DNA of 64,000 bases from Azolla caroliniana (lineage: Eukaryota; Plantae; Polypodiophyta). Position 1 is the stretch's first letter, and the number at the start of each line of letters is the position of its first letter. The notes beneath the pieces were generated by a model. The model was not told the DNA's origin. It saw only the letters and a program-made list of their open reading frames with translations, and did no database searches. The DNA is taken from contig JBHGNT010000030.1 in assembly GCA_043228905.1 (NCBI GenBank), forward strand, positions 1 through 64,000, written 5' to 3'. This document shows, piece after piece, positions 48,915 to 61,700 of this stretch. A program made the position numbers and the translations under genes.

Positions 48915-49709
48915 AAATTCTGTCCTCATGTTAAATATGCATCCCAAGCACATAAGCTACATAATGTTGCAGAAATATAGAAAAGTAAGAATTTTCAACC
49001 AGTTACATAATTCTTGATCTATTCTTGCTACATCTGATGTTGCTTTCTATGCATCAAGCATTAGCTCAACTAATAACTGAAATATTAAAAAACAAAGGCA
49101 CCATTTCAAGGATCTATAATTGATCAGATTCCAGTAAATAAGCATCACCTATAGCAGTGGAGATTGAGCTTCTTTTCATTTGTGTTTTGGTTAGATGTAA
49201 TATATGGGAAAATGGTTTGGTAGATAGGATGTGACACACTTGCTTCATGATGCGTCACTAGGTTCCTCTATAAATGAGGCCTTTTAGAGCCCATCCTGGT
49301 ATATGCCATTTGAACCATTGCTTCATGCAACTTAGCTCACGATGTGAGACGGGGCGTTGGGGCACAAGTGATGAGAGTAGTTGACTATGCACACTTTAAG
49401 AGTTTGAATATCACACTTTGATACAATGCTCTACCTTTGAGCATATTCAACCATGCTTTCCACACATCTTCGACCAAACCCAATCCTTGCACAAATTTCT
49501 CTAACAACCACAATGTGTACTCAATTATTACATTCATCGGTAAAGTTCTTGAACATCGAGAGCCGCTACCCACTTTCACATGTATTACGTGAAATGTAAT
49601 ATTTTTGGTCTCATATGCTATATTTGACCTCCGAAGACGATAATGAATCTCTCTCTCTATATATATAGAGAGAGAGAGCGAGAGAGAGAGACAGAGAGAG
49701 AGAGACAGA

Positions 49710-49767
<58 letters not shown>

Positions 49768-52700
49768 TATATTAACATCTTTGAAGAGGCCAAAATGGCC
49801 TATAAGACCACACAAGAGATTACATCTTAAGTGTTGTCTCGTCTTTGAGAACAACAAATCAAAAAAATAAGTAAATAATACTCTGTAAAAATAAAAATAT
49901 ATAAGATAAAAAAAGAGGAGGGAATCTGGTTTTTCGGCACATGTGAGATTCTCAAGTTAGATATATTGTAGCTTTTGACTTCGAAAGATCTCTAGCTTAG
50001 GTTGATCCAGAATGGAAATGTCTCCGAAGCGAGGGAAGCACCTGCGATGGCGGGAGATAATGGCTTTTATCTGTCGATGACAAGGGTGTTGAGGGCGTGG
50101 TCCATGGGGCCGGGGCCTACGTGCACAGAAAATTGCCATTGCCCGATCAATTGTAACCCCTTTGTTATGTCCTAGTCGGGAGCCCATTTGTGTATCCTAG
50201 ACTCGTAGCATTAGTAGGAGTGATGGGGCTAAAGAAAGTTGTGATTGTTCTTTGTGGATGAGCTTGTGTGGTTGTATTCTTCAACAACTTTTCCCGATGT
50301 CTCTTGAGCTCTAGCAAGAAAAGTCCTAGGCACCGTTGGTCCTCATATTCGAAAGAGAAAGAGAAAGAAAGATATATTAACGTCTTTTAAGAGGCCAAAA
50401 TGGCCTATAAAACCAAACAAGAGATTTTAAGTGTTGTCTCGTCTTTGAGAACAACAAATCAAAACAAAATAAATATTACTCCGTAATTATAAAAGTAAAT
50501 AACATAAAAAGAGACAATGGAATCTATTTTTCGGCACATGTGAGATTCTCAAGTTAGATATATTGTAGCTTTTGTCTCTGAAAGATCTCTAGCATAGGTT
50601 GATCCAGAATGGAAAGGTCTCCGAAGCGAGGTAAGCACCTGCAATGGCGGGAGATAATGGCCTTTATCTGTCAATGACAAGGGTATTGAGGTCATGGTCC
50701 ATGGGGCCTAGGCCTACGTGCACGACAAATTGTTATTGCCCGATCAATTGTAACCCCTTTGTTATATCCTGGTCGGGAGCCCATTTGTGTGTCCCTTGAT
50801 TGACTTGTAGCATTAGTAGGAGTGATGGGGCTAAAGAAAGTTGTGATTGTTCTTTGTGGATGAGCTTGTGTGGCTGTATTCTGCAACAACTTCTCCCGAT
50901 GTCTCTTGAGCTGTAGCAAGAAAAGTCCTAGGCACCGTTGTTCCTCATATTCTATTACCTTGAGTAGTGGGCCAAAGCCTTGTTTAAAGAGGCAATGGTA
51001 TCTCCCTCTGATTTCATAAAAGACACTACAGTGACAAACATAGTGTACTTTGGATTCTACTCCTTGATGACACAATTGGCAAATTCTTTCTTCTAGAGGT
51101 ATTCGTGTATATCTGTCTACCTCAATCTGTAATTGCTGTGATGAAGTTCGCAGCTGCCCTATCACATTGCCCAACGCATAGGATAGATGTATGTCTATAT
51201 AAGGTGGCTTGATGATGAATCCATCCTCTGATGTGTGTAAGAAGTGTGTCTTATAGTGGGCCATCTTCGTACCAACAAATATTGTGGGGCTGATCCATGT
51301 TATCTTGTTTTCCAACTTAATAATATAAGTTTGGATCACTCTATTCTTTTCCACTTTGGTCATATTTGGATGGGGACAGTCCAAGCTATATTGGAACGGG
51401 GGTAGTGCATTTATACTCATGCCATGTGACTCGAACCATTGCTACATTTCAGCATACCAACAATGAATGTCTCCATTTTCAGCCAGTTGTCTTGATGACA
51501 TAAGTGCCAACCTTGGGTACCTTCGTTTAGGGAGCTCCCAAAAATGTTGGATAAATGTCACTGATCGGAACAATGCCTCGGTGATTATAGGTGCTGCTCC
51601 CATCTCTGCCCGGATTATATTTTGGGGCACCGATGCTTTGCTCCTTGTCATGCTGGCAATCATTGACACTAAAGGTCTCTCTAAATCTTTCCAATGATTT
51701 GCCTTGTTAAGACTCGGTCCCCACATTTCTACTCCATAGAGAAGAGTTGGTGTGACAAGTATATCAAATAACCATAGCTTATCGTGGCTCTTGGAACTGC
51801 AAATGTGCACGTTGTCTCTCGAGAGCACCAAGGGCTGTATATCCACGAGAAAGCCAAGCACAAGCAACCTCCCGTAAGGAGAACCTAGGCCTTGTAAATG
51901 TTACTCCTAGGTATGTGTAGGAGCGCATGTATTCCACCTTTTCCTCTCCCAAGAAGAATTTCGATTCTGAGTGGTGTTCAACACCATCACTTTAGTTTTA
52001 TCCATGTTTATCGACACATCTTTGTCCATACAAAATAGTTTTTAAGGCATTTAGATGTCTTCGTAGTCCCTCTAGAAAGTCAGAAATCAGCACAATATCA
52101 TCAACATATAGTAATATTTGTATAGCTATACCTGCTAGGTGTGCTCCCGAACCCCTGAATCTCTCTATGTAATCATTAATGCAATACCTCATCTATATAG
52201 AGACCAAAGAGAGTGGGTGATAGTGGGCATCCTTGCTTCACTCCAATGGTGCTAGCCACCGCCTCTGACAAACCCATGGAAGACTGCACTTTTCCTGACA
52301 CGGATTCATAGAGTGCATAGATTCCCCATTGCATATCTGTAGGAACACCAAGGGTTTCTAGCCGCTGCATAAGCCAAGCACGTGGCACAGTGTCAAAGGC
52401 TTTTCGAAAATCCACAAAGCAACAATAAATCCTCTTATTATGGGCTCTGCCCTCCTCAATAAGGGCCCGGAGGGTCAATATGTGATTCAAAGTTGTGAAC
52501 CCTTTTCGAAAGCATGCCTGTCCAGTTGAACTGCAGCCATTCCGTGCTGCCCATATACTCAATTCTGATTCTAGAATCGATCCATATAGTTTAGCCATGT
52601 AATGGCCAATCATGATTGTCCTATAGTTGCTTGGCATCATGGGGTCTCCACTTTTGAGGATTGGCACAATGGTATGTTGAGTCCATCTAGTAGGGAAACC

Positions 52701-55700
52701 TTCACATATGGCTCTATTAAAGATGTGTGCTAGCAATGGGAGCAAGGTGTCACGGGCATAGATGAAGTGCTCACCCACCAATTCGTCATGATCTTGGGCC
52801 TTCCCAAATTGTAACTGATCAATGGCATTTCTTACATTTTGTGGAGTAAAAAAGGTTGATTCATGTGGGCGTGAGCCATGTGGGTGGGGTAGAGGAGGTT
52901 GCCCCGGGATATCATATAGGACCTTTGCATATTGATGCCACACCTAAGGGGAGGTCAGCTGTGTGGTAGGTTGCCTCTCATTAAACATTTTCCATGCTCT
53001 TTTACTTTCTTGTCCTAGAAACAAGCGATACAAATGATCTTCAAATTTAGCTAAATACTCTTCCTTACAAGGCGTTGGAAGGTTGCTCTTGCTTGTTTGT
53101 GTGTATAAATGCCCCAAGTTACTTCACACTGCAAGCATCTCCTATGTCACAACATTCCTCATCATACCAACTATTTTGTATTATTCTACCAAGTTTGGGG
53201 GGATTGGCTGTTGTGTGAGGAAAGGCATTTGTGGCTGCTTCATGCAATGATTTTGACAATCCTTGGGTAAGTCAAGGGGTGCAAAAGGAATCAAATCTAG
53301 CATGCCATTGTATACTCCACAACTATACACATCAATTGTCTTGCGAATAAATCAATACTTAGCCAACCCACTCTCCTTAGCATATACATCCTTTGTGCAT
53401 CCATCCTTTACCTCAAAGCGTAGATATGCATGATCAGCTGCCAAGCCAATAGGTCTTCCCGATATAGTGAACACTTTTATTTCAGGTATAAGAGATGGAG
53501 ATCCCATTAGATAATCGACTGTGCTCCCCCTTTTGGGTTCCAACATGTCAAAGCATCTGATCTAGGCCATTGTGACAAGCCATTATATATCACAAGTCCA
53601 TGCGCGCTTCCCAAGGCTAGAAAGTGTTTTCCATATTCAGTTATAGCACTCATATCTTGAGCTTTTCTCTTTAGACCAACCTCTTCCACCATAACTTCTC
53701 CATAGACAGCCTCGTCGGTGTTAAATATAGTTGTTTGTTCATCCTTGGTTCGTGCATTAAAATCTCCTAATAGTATTATATCCCCCATAGTAGCAAATCT
53801 TATGATATCATCATATAGTGGTAGATATGGTGATTCACCTAGAGGTGCAAACCTTGAATAGGCAGGTGGAAAGAAGCAAATTGCAATATATAGCTCCCTA
53901 AGATCCCCTCTTTTTATGCATATCCACATGTAGCGTGCATCCACATCCTTATGTACAACATGCACTCTACCATGGAGCTCCTCTTTGTATAGCATAGCCA
54001 CTCCTCCCGAACCTCTAGTGCTTCCTCGGGTCCGAGGTTGGGGGCGACATATTGACTCCCATCTGTATCCTTGGACCTCGGGGAGTTTGCTTGCCATACA
54101 TTGGTGAGTCTCTGTATACATAGCAATATCTGTGTTTTTCAATGTATCTTCAAAATATCCGACATCTGTCCGTAGAGAGCCGTTGCAATTCCATATGGTC
54201 ATGCGTAGGGTCTCATAGGCCATATATCGTCATGCGGTTCTCTTCTCTGTAATAATGACCTTGCCGTCTCTATATATGGCCCATTTACCTTCCTTTCTTG
54301 CATCAAGCACTCGTGGCATGTTTTCTTTGCGGTGTGCCACTTGGGCTGGAGTGAGATCGTCATCTAAGTATATCTTTTCACCCTTGAGTGCCTTTCGTTT
54401 AGAGAGGAAAGCTTTTTTCTTGTCAATATCCATGAAGCGGATGATAAGGGCTTTAGCTCTAGACTCATCTCTTCCCACTCTCCACGCCGAAGCAAATGGA
54501 ATATCCGATGCTCCAATCTTTGTTGCGAGATTCTTGGCATCTTCTTGTGGACTTCCCTTTTCAGCCCAACCAACCACTCGTACATGCAATGCACGAGCTT
54601 TCCTCTTGGCTTCTTCTTCTAAAGTAGCATTCATCATTGCCATCCTATCCATGGATGTTCCTTTTTGCTTTTTTACTACCTCTATCCAAGGAGCATTTGC
54701 TTTAATTTCGTTTTGGGCGTGCTCGGCTTGAGCTTTGGCATCTTTGGCGATGTCTGCCCATGTTTGCATTTCCTTCGTGACATTGGCTTTCACTATAGAG
54801 ATGCATCTTTCAACTGCTTCTTGTCCTTTTTCAAAATCCACTTTTATAGCTCCTAACTCAACCTTACTTGAGGATATTTCATCCTTAAGGTATTGTGTCA
54901 TGTCATCCTTGAGCTCTAAGTGTGATTTCTCCACATGGCTTATAATGTCTTTCCGCATCTCTTCTAATAACTCAGCCTTGATAGAGGCGTACAATTCTGA
55001 TTTCTGTTTCTCTATCTCCTTTTTCATTTCTTCCTTTAGTGCTATTTCGATATCTTCTCTAATACGGTTGAACTCTTGCGCAATCAAATGGCGTAAAAGA
55101 TCACGTTTCCCATTTTCGACATCGAATGGAATGTCGGATGGGGCCTGCGTTCTAGGTTCCTTATGCGCCCTTCTGACGCTATTCAGGTCCCGTCCTTTTC
55201 GTCTATGATATCTTCTTGTGGTCTTCAATAGATCTAGACCCTCATCATGCGTGTTAAGATCCATCTTTTCAGTGTCTGTCCCTTCGGACTCCATGGTGTG
55301 TTGAGGGCAGAAAGAATAGAAGTTACTACGGGGCAGAAAGAATACAGGAACAGAGTTGGCAGAAGATACAGGAAATCAGATTAGGAAGAGAACGCACAGG
55401 ATCAGGCATTGCAGAAAACACAGAGGACAGACATTTCAAAAAAGACAGACAGAGCCAAAACCCTAAACGCAAACCCTAAACAAAGAGCCAAAACCCTAAA
55501 CGCAGAGCATAAACCCTACAGGGAGAGAGAGAGAGAGAGAGATATTGTAAAAAGAGATTGTGTGTGAGTGAGGAAGAGTGAGATATGAGAGAGAGACGAG
55601 TGAGTGAGAGAGAGAGAGTGAGAGAAAGATTGCTCACAGTATTGGAAGTATTGATAATGGAGAGCATTCAGATGACAAAAAGAATATAGGAAATGAAGGT

Positions 55701-58700
55701 CGCAAAGAGGTCACTGATAATCGTGAGGCAGATGAACGGTATGAGTGAATTGGCATATATAAACAACTAGAAAATTTACGCTAATAAATCAACTCCATGT
55801 AACAAAATCTGTTGTTTATGATGGAAAGCTAACTCACTCTATTTGTTTTCTTTTCAAGCTGACTTTATGTTCATTGTACTCATGTTTAGTTTAGTTAGTA
55901 TTTCAAATATTGTAAAGTGCTTTGTGAATCCTGTATGTGATGGATTCAATAATGTCTCGTCATGAGAACTGTCAAATCATATGTTGTATCAAGTTTCGAG
56001 AAACCAATAGTCTTTATTGTTGGATTGCAATTGATTAGATTTTATGACTGAAAAAATTTGCACAGGCTGGCAAGTACCTTATCTGCAACGTTACCACCAG
56101 AGCTTGCGGGTGTTATTCCGATCTTGGAGAAAATGCAGGTACAAAGTATATTGTGATTGAGTCTTACTGTGCATTTTACACAGACTTACCTACCCCTCCC
56201 TTTCTATTCTTTGATGTAAAGAATAATTCACTTGATAATTTCTGTTATGCTTCTCAAATTCACTGTAAATTGTGATATCTGTGCAGATTGACACATTTCT
56301 TAGATCAATGCAAAAACAACTTCAAGGTGGACGGCGGAGTTTTTTCGGTAAAAGGTCATCAGTGGCTTCTTCTGTTCGAGACAAGTATTCCCTAGAGGAT
56401 ATGCTATGCTTCCAACGTGTATGCCACCTATGTGAAACAAATGTTTCTCCACTTGTTACTATGTAAATGCTTTTACTTAATATTTTTTTGTGTAACTTCA
56501 GGAACCCATTCCAACATCATTGCTACGGATGAGCAGTGATCTTACAAGTCGGGCAGTTAAGCTTTTCCATGGTGTCCTCAAATATATGGGTATTGATGGC
56601 ACATCGTCATCTTCTACTGTGAAGCCATTTGAACAAATGGAAATACTCGTGAAGCTTTATAAACGATCCCTTGAGCGTGCTGAATTGCGTGATGAATTGC
56701 TGCTACAAATCTCAAAACAAACACGCAACAACCCTGACAGGTGATTCTTTTTTAAGCCAGAGAAGAATGTTGATCTGGTTGTTTCTTTGTATTGTATTCT
56801 CACAAAGTAGAAATTGGAAACAAATTATACTAATCTATATTCACACAAGGACGTTTACTAAGCTTGTGGCCTTGTGACACACATCTCTTTGAGAAGTTAT
56901 GAATTCAATTAAGATAGAAATCAGCCAACTTAGTTCACACCTAGCAGCACCGTTCTGTAAATTATGTGGCAGGTTTTGGCTAAGGTACTGTGTTGATCTT
57001 CGAAGCAACATGAATTATCCCATTTTTTTCAATTCAAAATATTGAGAAAGTTTTTTTCTTCTGCATAGTTCCTTTCCCCTTATTTGGTAATCTGTGACAC
57101 ATTCCATGTTCCCCCTTAAGGTGTTTTCATGTTTATTCTTGTGTATGGCTATCTGCCAACTGTCTATTTACGGAGCCAATAGATTCTAATGCAGGGCCTC
57201 TTTGCAAAGGGCATGGGAATTGATGCATCTCTGTGCTTCTGCAATGCCTCCTGGCAAGGAAATTGCAGCCTATCTCTCTGAATATGTGCATGATGTTGCA
57301 TATGCCCATGATACTTCACCAGAACTAAAGAAGCTGGCTTTGGACACATGGAATGCTCTTAAAAGGTCTGTCAAAGCGGGTGCAAGGCGATCAATTCCTG
57401 CGCAAGAGGAAATTGAAGCACTTTTATCTGGGCAGAAACTCACTACTATTATCTTTTACTTGGATGATTCATTTGAAGAAATATCTTATGACATGACAAC
57501 CACTGTTGCTGAAGCCGTTGAGGTATAACCTTATAAATACGCTATTTGCTAAACAGTGGCAAATTTATAATTAATTCATGTGTATGCTTTGGAGTTGCTC
57601 TTTTGCTGCTCTGTTATTGTTTTTTCAATCAGCTTATACAGTTGGATTTATATCTCTATCCAGGTGTTGGCTGGTTTGATTAAACTTAATTCATATAGTA
57701 CATTCAGCCTTTTTGAGAGTAGAAAAACATTAATGAACTCCAAGGGTGCTGATAATGGAAACGGTTAGTTCATTTGTACTCCGAAAATTTAAAATTTATT
57801 CTTATGAATTTGTATGTATTGCCTTCTTGTTAGAAAAGTAAGTAATGTTTGTATGGTGCACATTGTGAACCCTTTAATGATACTTTATCTTTATGCAATG
57901 TGCGTCCTCTGCTGGGGAGCTGTCTTTAAGCTGTTTCTCAAGGTATGTGGAAATATTGGTCAATTCATTGAGATACATGATCATCGGGTTTCTTGAAGAT
58001 ATGGGTCCAGGGTAAAAACAAATGACAAGAAGCTGATCTCGGCAGTTATTTCTGATGCCTATTTACTGGAATCAGCTCAAGTATAGTTCCTTGATATTTC
58101 AGCTATTAGTTAAGCTAATCCTTGATGCATAGAAAATAATATCAGATATAGCAAGAATAGACCAGGAATAATGTAATTGGGTTGAAATATCTTTGCTATA
58201 TCTGTGCACTGAGCTTGTAGCTTCAAAGAAGGTGAGTTCCTCTCATGTACTTAGGATGCATATTCAATGTGAGGACACAATTACTCTTGCCTCCTGTTAG
58301 TTTACAATAATCCATATTACTTTGAATTAAGATCTCCGTTATTCTGTAAAGTAGTTTCACAAGCATTTCCATATGGAATACAACTGTAAATAGTAAGACC
58401 ACCACATTTGGAATCCAGGCGGGAATTAATACTTATGTGTGTGAAGTGTTTCCGGTTTCGTTTTATTTTCTGCCGGCCATTCTATTCACTAATCTTTGAA
58501 TTAGTTGCCTTTTTTTTCTTGTCACAATAATGATTATTAATAGAAACATAGATACCTAGCCGCACCTACTCTTGTAGACTTATTACTTATTATGGATGCT
58601 GTAACATATTTTGATAGAAAAAAATGGTAGAACATAATCCATATTATGCACTATGATTTGTCTAGTATTTTGTCATCTTTGTATAATATCTTATGGTTAT

Positions 58701-61700
58701 GCTCTTGGAGAAGATATTTTGGTAACCAAAATGGCCTTCAGTTTCTTTCCACTGGTCTAAAAGCTTTGGCTCCATGTTATGATCTAAGAATATCTCTTGG
58801 GTTGATAACCTATGATTTTGTATGTTTGAGACTTGATGAATGCATCATGAAATTAGGTGCCTTTGTGTGCTCATGCAGCCCTGAAAATACCTTTCTCTTC
58901 CTTGGGTGGGAGTAGAGCATGGAGGTGGATATTGCTTATGATCCAGCTCTAATGTTATTGGTTCCCAAATTACGATAGGTGTCATAGGGATTTCCAAACA
59001 GCTCTTGCCCATCTATCATGACTCATGAGTAATATTTCGATGAGAGCTTCTCCGACCCTTCGCTGTGTAATTTGTGTGCTCCAAGGGGGAGACCCTTAAA
59101 ATAATTATTTAGCATTTTTTTTAATACAGGACAATCTACGTTATTGAACATGCATACTGTCATCTGGATGCTGCAGATGAGCATATTAGCCTGGATGAAA
59201 ACAGGTATATTGGAGATCTTATTGCAGAGTTTAGGGCTTTGAAGGAGCGGAACAAAGGTGAAGCCTTGCAGTGCAAGCTTTTGTTCAAAAAGAAACTTTT
59301 TCGAGAAGCAGATGAAGCAATCACTGAACCCATGTTTATCAAGTTAATATATATTCAGGTTACATGCATATCTATAGTTTACACACGCGCTTGTATAGAT
59401 TGCTATAAAGATTGGATTAACTGCATGCTTTAACATTAATCAGAGAGCAAGAATTAAGGGCTAATCTTGAAGGAACTAAAAATGGTTCAGAGGAAGGTGG
59501 AACATGACATTCTTTAATAGTTCACAATGTTTAATTTATTATATACAACCATCAAGATTAGTTTGAGACCAAAGATCTAAAATAATAAATGTCTTTGGGA
59601 GATGAAAATTTCCCTGGTAGTATATCCTGACTTAATTTGACCGAGTTTTTTAATGTATTCAACGTGCCAACTACATCTATCAGCAGATATGTGCATCATT
59701 TTGCATCTGGAAGAACCATGTCTGCCAGTTGTTTAAACTTTTTTCTGGAAAGAAAGAAAGAAACATATTTAACGTCTTTTAAGAGGCCAAAATGGGCAAT
59801 AAGACCAAACAAGAGATTGCATTTTAAGTGTTATCTCGAATTTGAGCAATAAATCAAAATAAAACAAATATTACTAAGTAAACATAAAAGTAAATAAGAT
59901 AAAAAGAGACTAAAGAGTCTGGTTTTCGGCACATGTGAGATTCTCAAGTTAGATATGTTATATCTTTTGTCTTTGAAAGATCTCTAGTATAGATCGATCC
60001 AAAATGGAGAGGTCTCTGAAGCGAGGCAAGCATGTGCGATGGAGAGAAAGTAAAATAAAAGCCAAGGAATATGTGGGAATCACCTGATATATGTTTATGA
60101 CTTGCATGGGATTCTGATCCCAAAACACTGGGATTGAAATTATATGCTGTTAAGCTAATTTAGTGAAATGGCTTGTTTGGACTGCCATGCTTTTGGGCGT
60201 TGGGGGAGAAAAACACGTTTTATTTTATTGGGCTTCTATCCCACCAAAGAAATCGTAGACGCATGACTATTGAATCTTGTTGCGTTAAACTTAAAAAACA
60301 TTTTCAGCTAGAAAAAGAATCTAGTAAGAAAGAAGGCTTATGTAGATTTTTCCAAGAGTGGGCCTTCTGAGTCTGTTCATTGCAAAAATTACATTGAAGA
60401 TATATACCTATAATAAGATCCAAATCCACCCTTCGAGTAGCAGATGTAGACTGACTGTGCCGACACATTTTGTAGTTTTCCTGAGTATAAAATAATTTTT
60501 TGAGAATTGTGACTGAATTCGGTTTTTATTAAAGAAAAAAATGCTGACCCACCCATTGAAAAAATTGAAAGCCATACAAAAAAAATTCACTAAACTTTAC
60601 CTTATATGCCTCTTTAATTAAATTTCTGCATGCACGTGTTTCATGTCGCATAGAAACGAGATGTCTGGCTAAAAATAACCTCTTGGAATGCAGTCACAGT
60701 ATGATTACCTACTGGGAAATTATCCCGTAGGAAAGGAAGATGCTGCACAACTGGCCGCACTACAAATTTTGGTAGAGTATGGTTCTGTTACAAGTCCAGA
60801 AATGAGCTTGTAAGTTTGAGAATCTATTCAGGTGCTCTATTTCCTTTTATCTTAGGAAACATTATGCACATATCCAATGATGCATTATATTTTGTACAGG
60901 GATTGGCAAGGACTCTTAGAAAAGTTTATGCCTAAACAAATCACAATTACACGACCCAAAAAGGACTGGGAATCTGATATTCTGTCAAGGTATCGAGCTA
61001 TGGTATGCGTCATTATAATGACCAAGTAAATTCTTTAAGGAAACAAAAGACCATGTGATTGTGTTTGCTGATCTGTAGCTTATGTTATTTCTGCAGGCAC
61101 ATCTTTCTGCAGATGATGCAAGACAGCAGCTACTCCGAATACTTCGGGCTCTTCCCTATGGAACCTCTGTATTTTTTAGTGTTCGCAAAATTGATGATCC
61201 TATAGGTCTTTTGCCTGGTCGCATTATACTAGGAATCAATAAGCGCGGGGTATGCTTGAACTTTTCTTGGATGATTCTCTCTTTTCAAATTCTTGTTAAG
61301 TTTCTGTTTTGGGAAATCTTTCCAAATACCTAGACAAATTCTGAAGATAAATATAACTAAAACAGCTGGTTTCTTAGGTGCATTTCTTTCGTCCTGTACC
61401 TAAGGAGTTTCTCCACTCAGCAGAATTGAGAGACATCATGCAATTTGGAAGCAGCAATACTGCAGTCTTTTTCAAAATGAGAGTTGCAGGAGTTCTTCAT
61501 GTTTTCCAGTTTGAAACTAAACAGGTGTATTATCCAGCTATATAATTCTTTATTTTTCAGAACCTTGTTAACTTATTGCAAACTCACATACATGATTCAA
61601 TGCCATGATATGTAGGGTGAAGATATTTGTGTAGCCCTCCAGACCCACATAAATGACGTCATGCTGCGACGATATTCAAGAAGCCATGGAAATGGTAGCT

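Larger units (their letters stand above)
50351..55560 (-). mobile_element. Full-length LINE (RTEX/L2-like) in KCBP intron 1
   Basis: ORF1, then APE endonuclease (IWNCNG, GSGGVA, ILLGDFNART, VDYLM), RT (NYRTI, FVDFRKAFDTV, GVKQGCPLSPTLF, LYVDD), C-terminal CQLC..H...C, and a (CTTT/CT)n tail. The 5' boundary is approximate. Confidence 0.9.
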
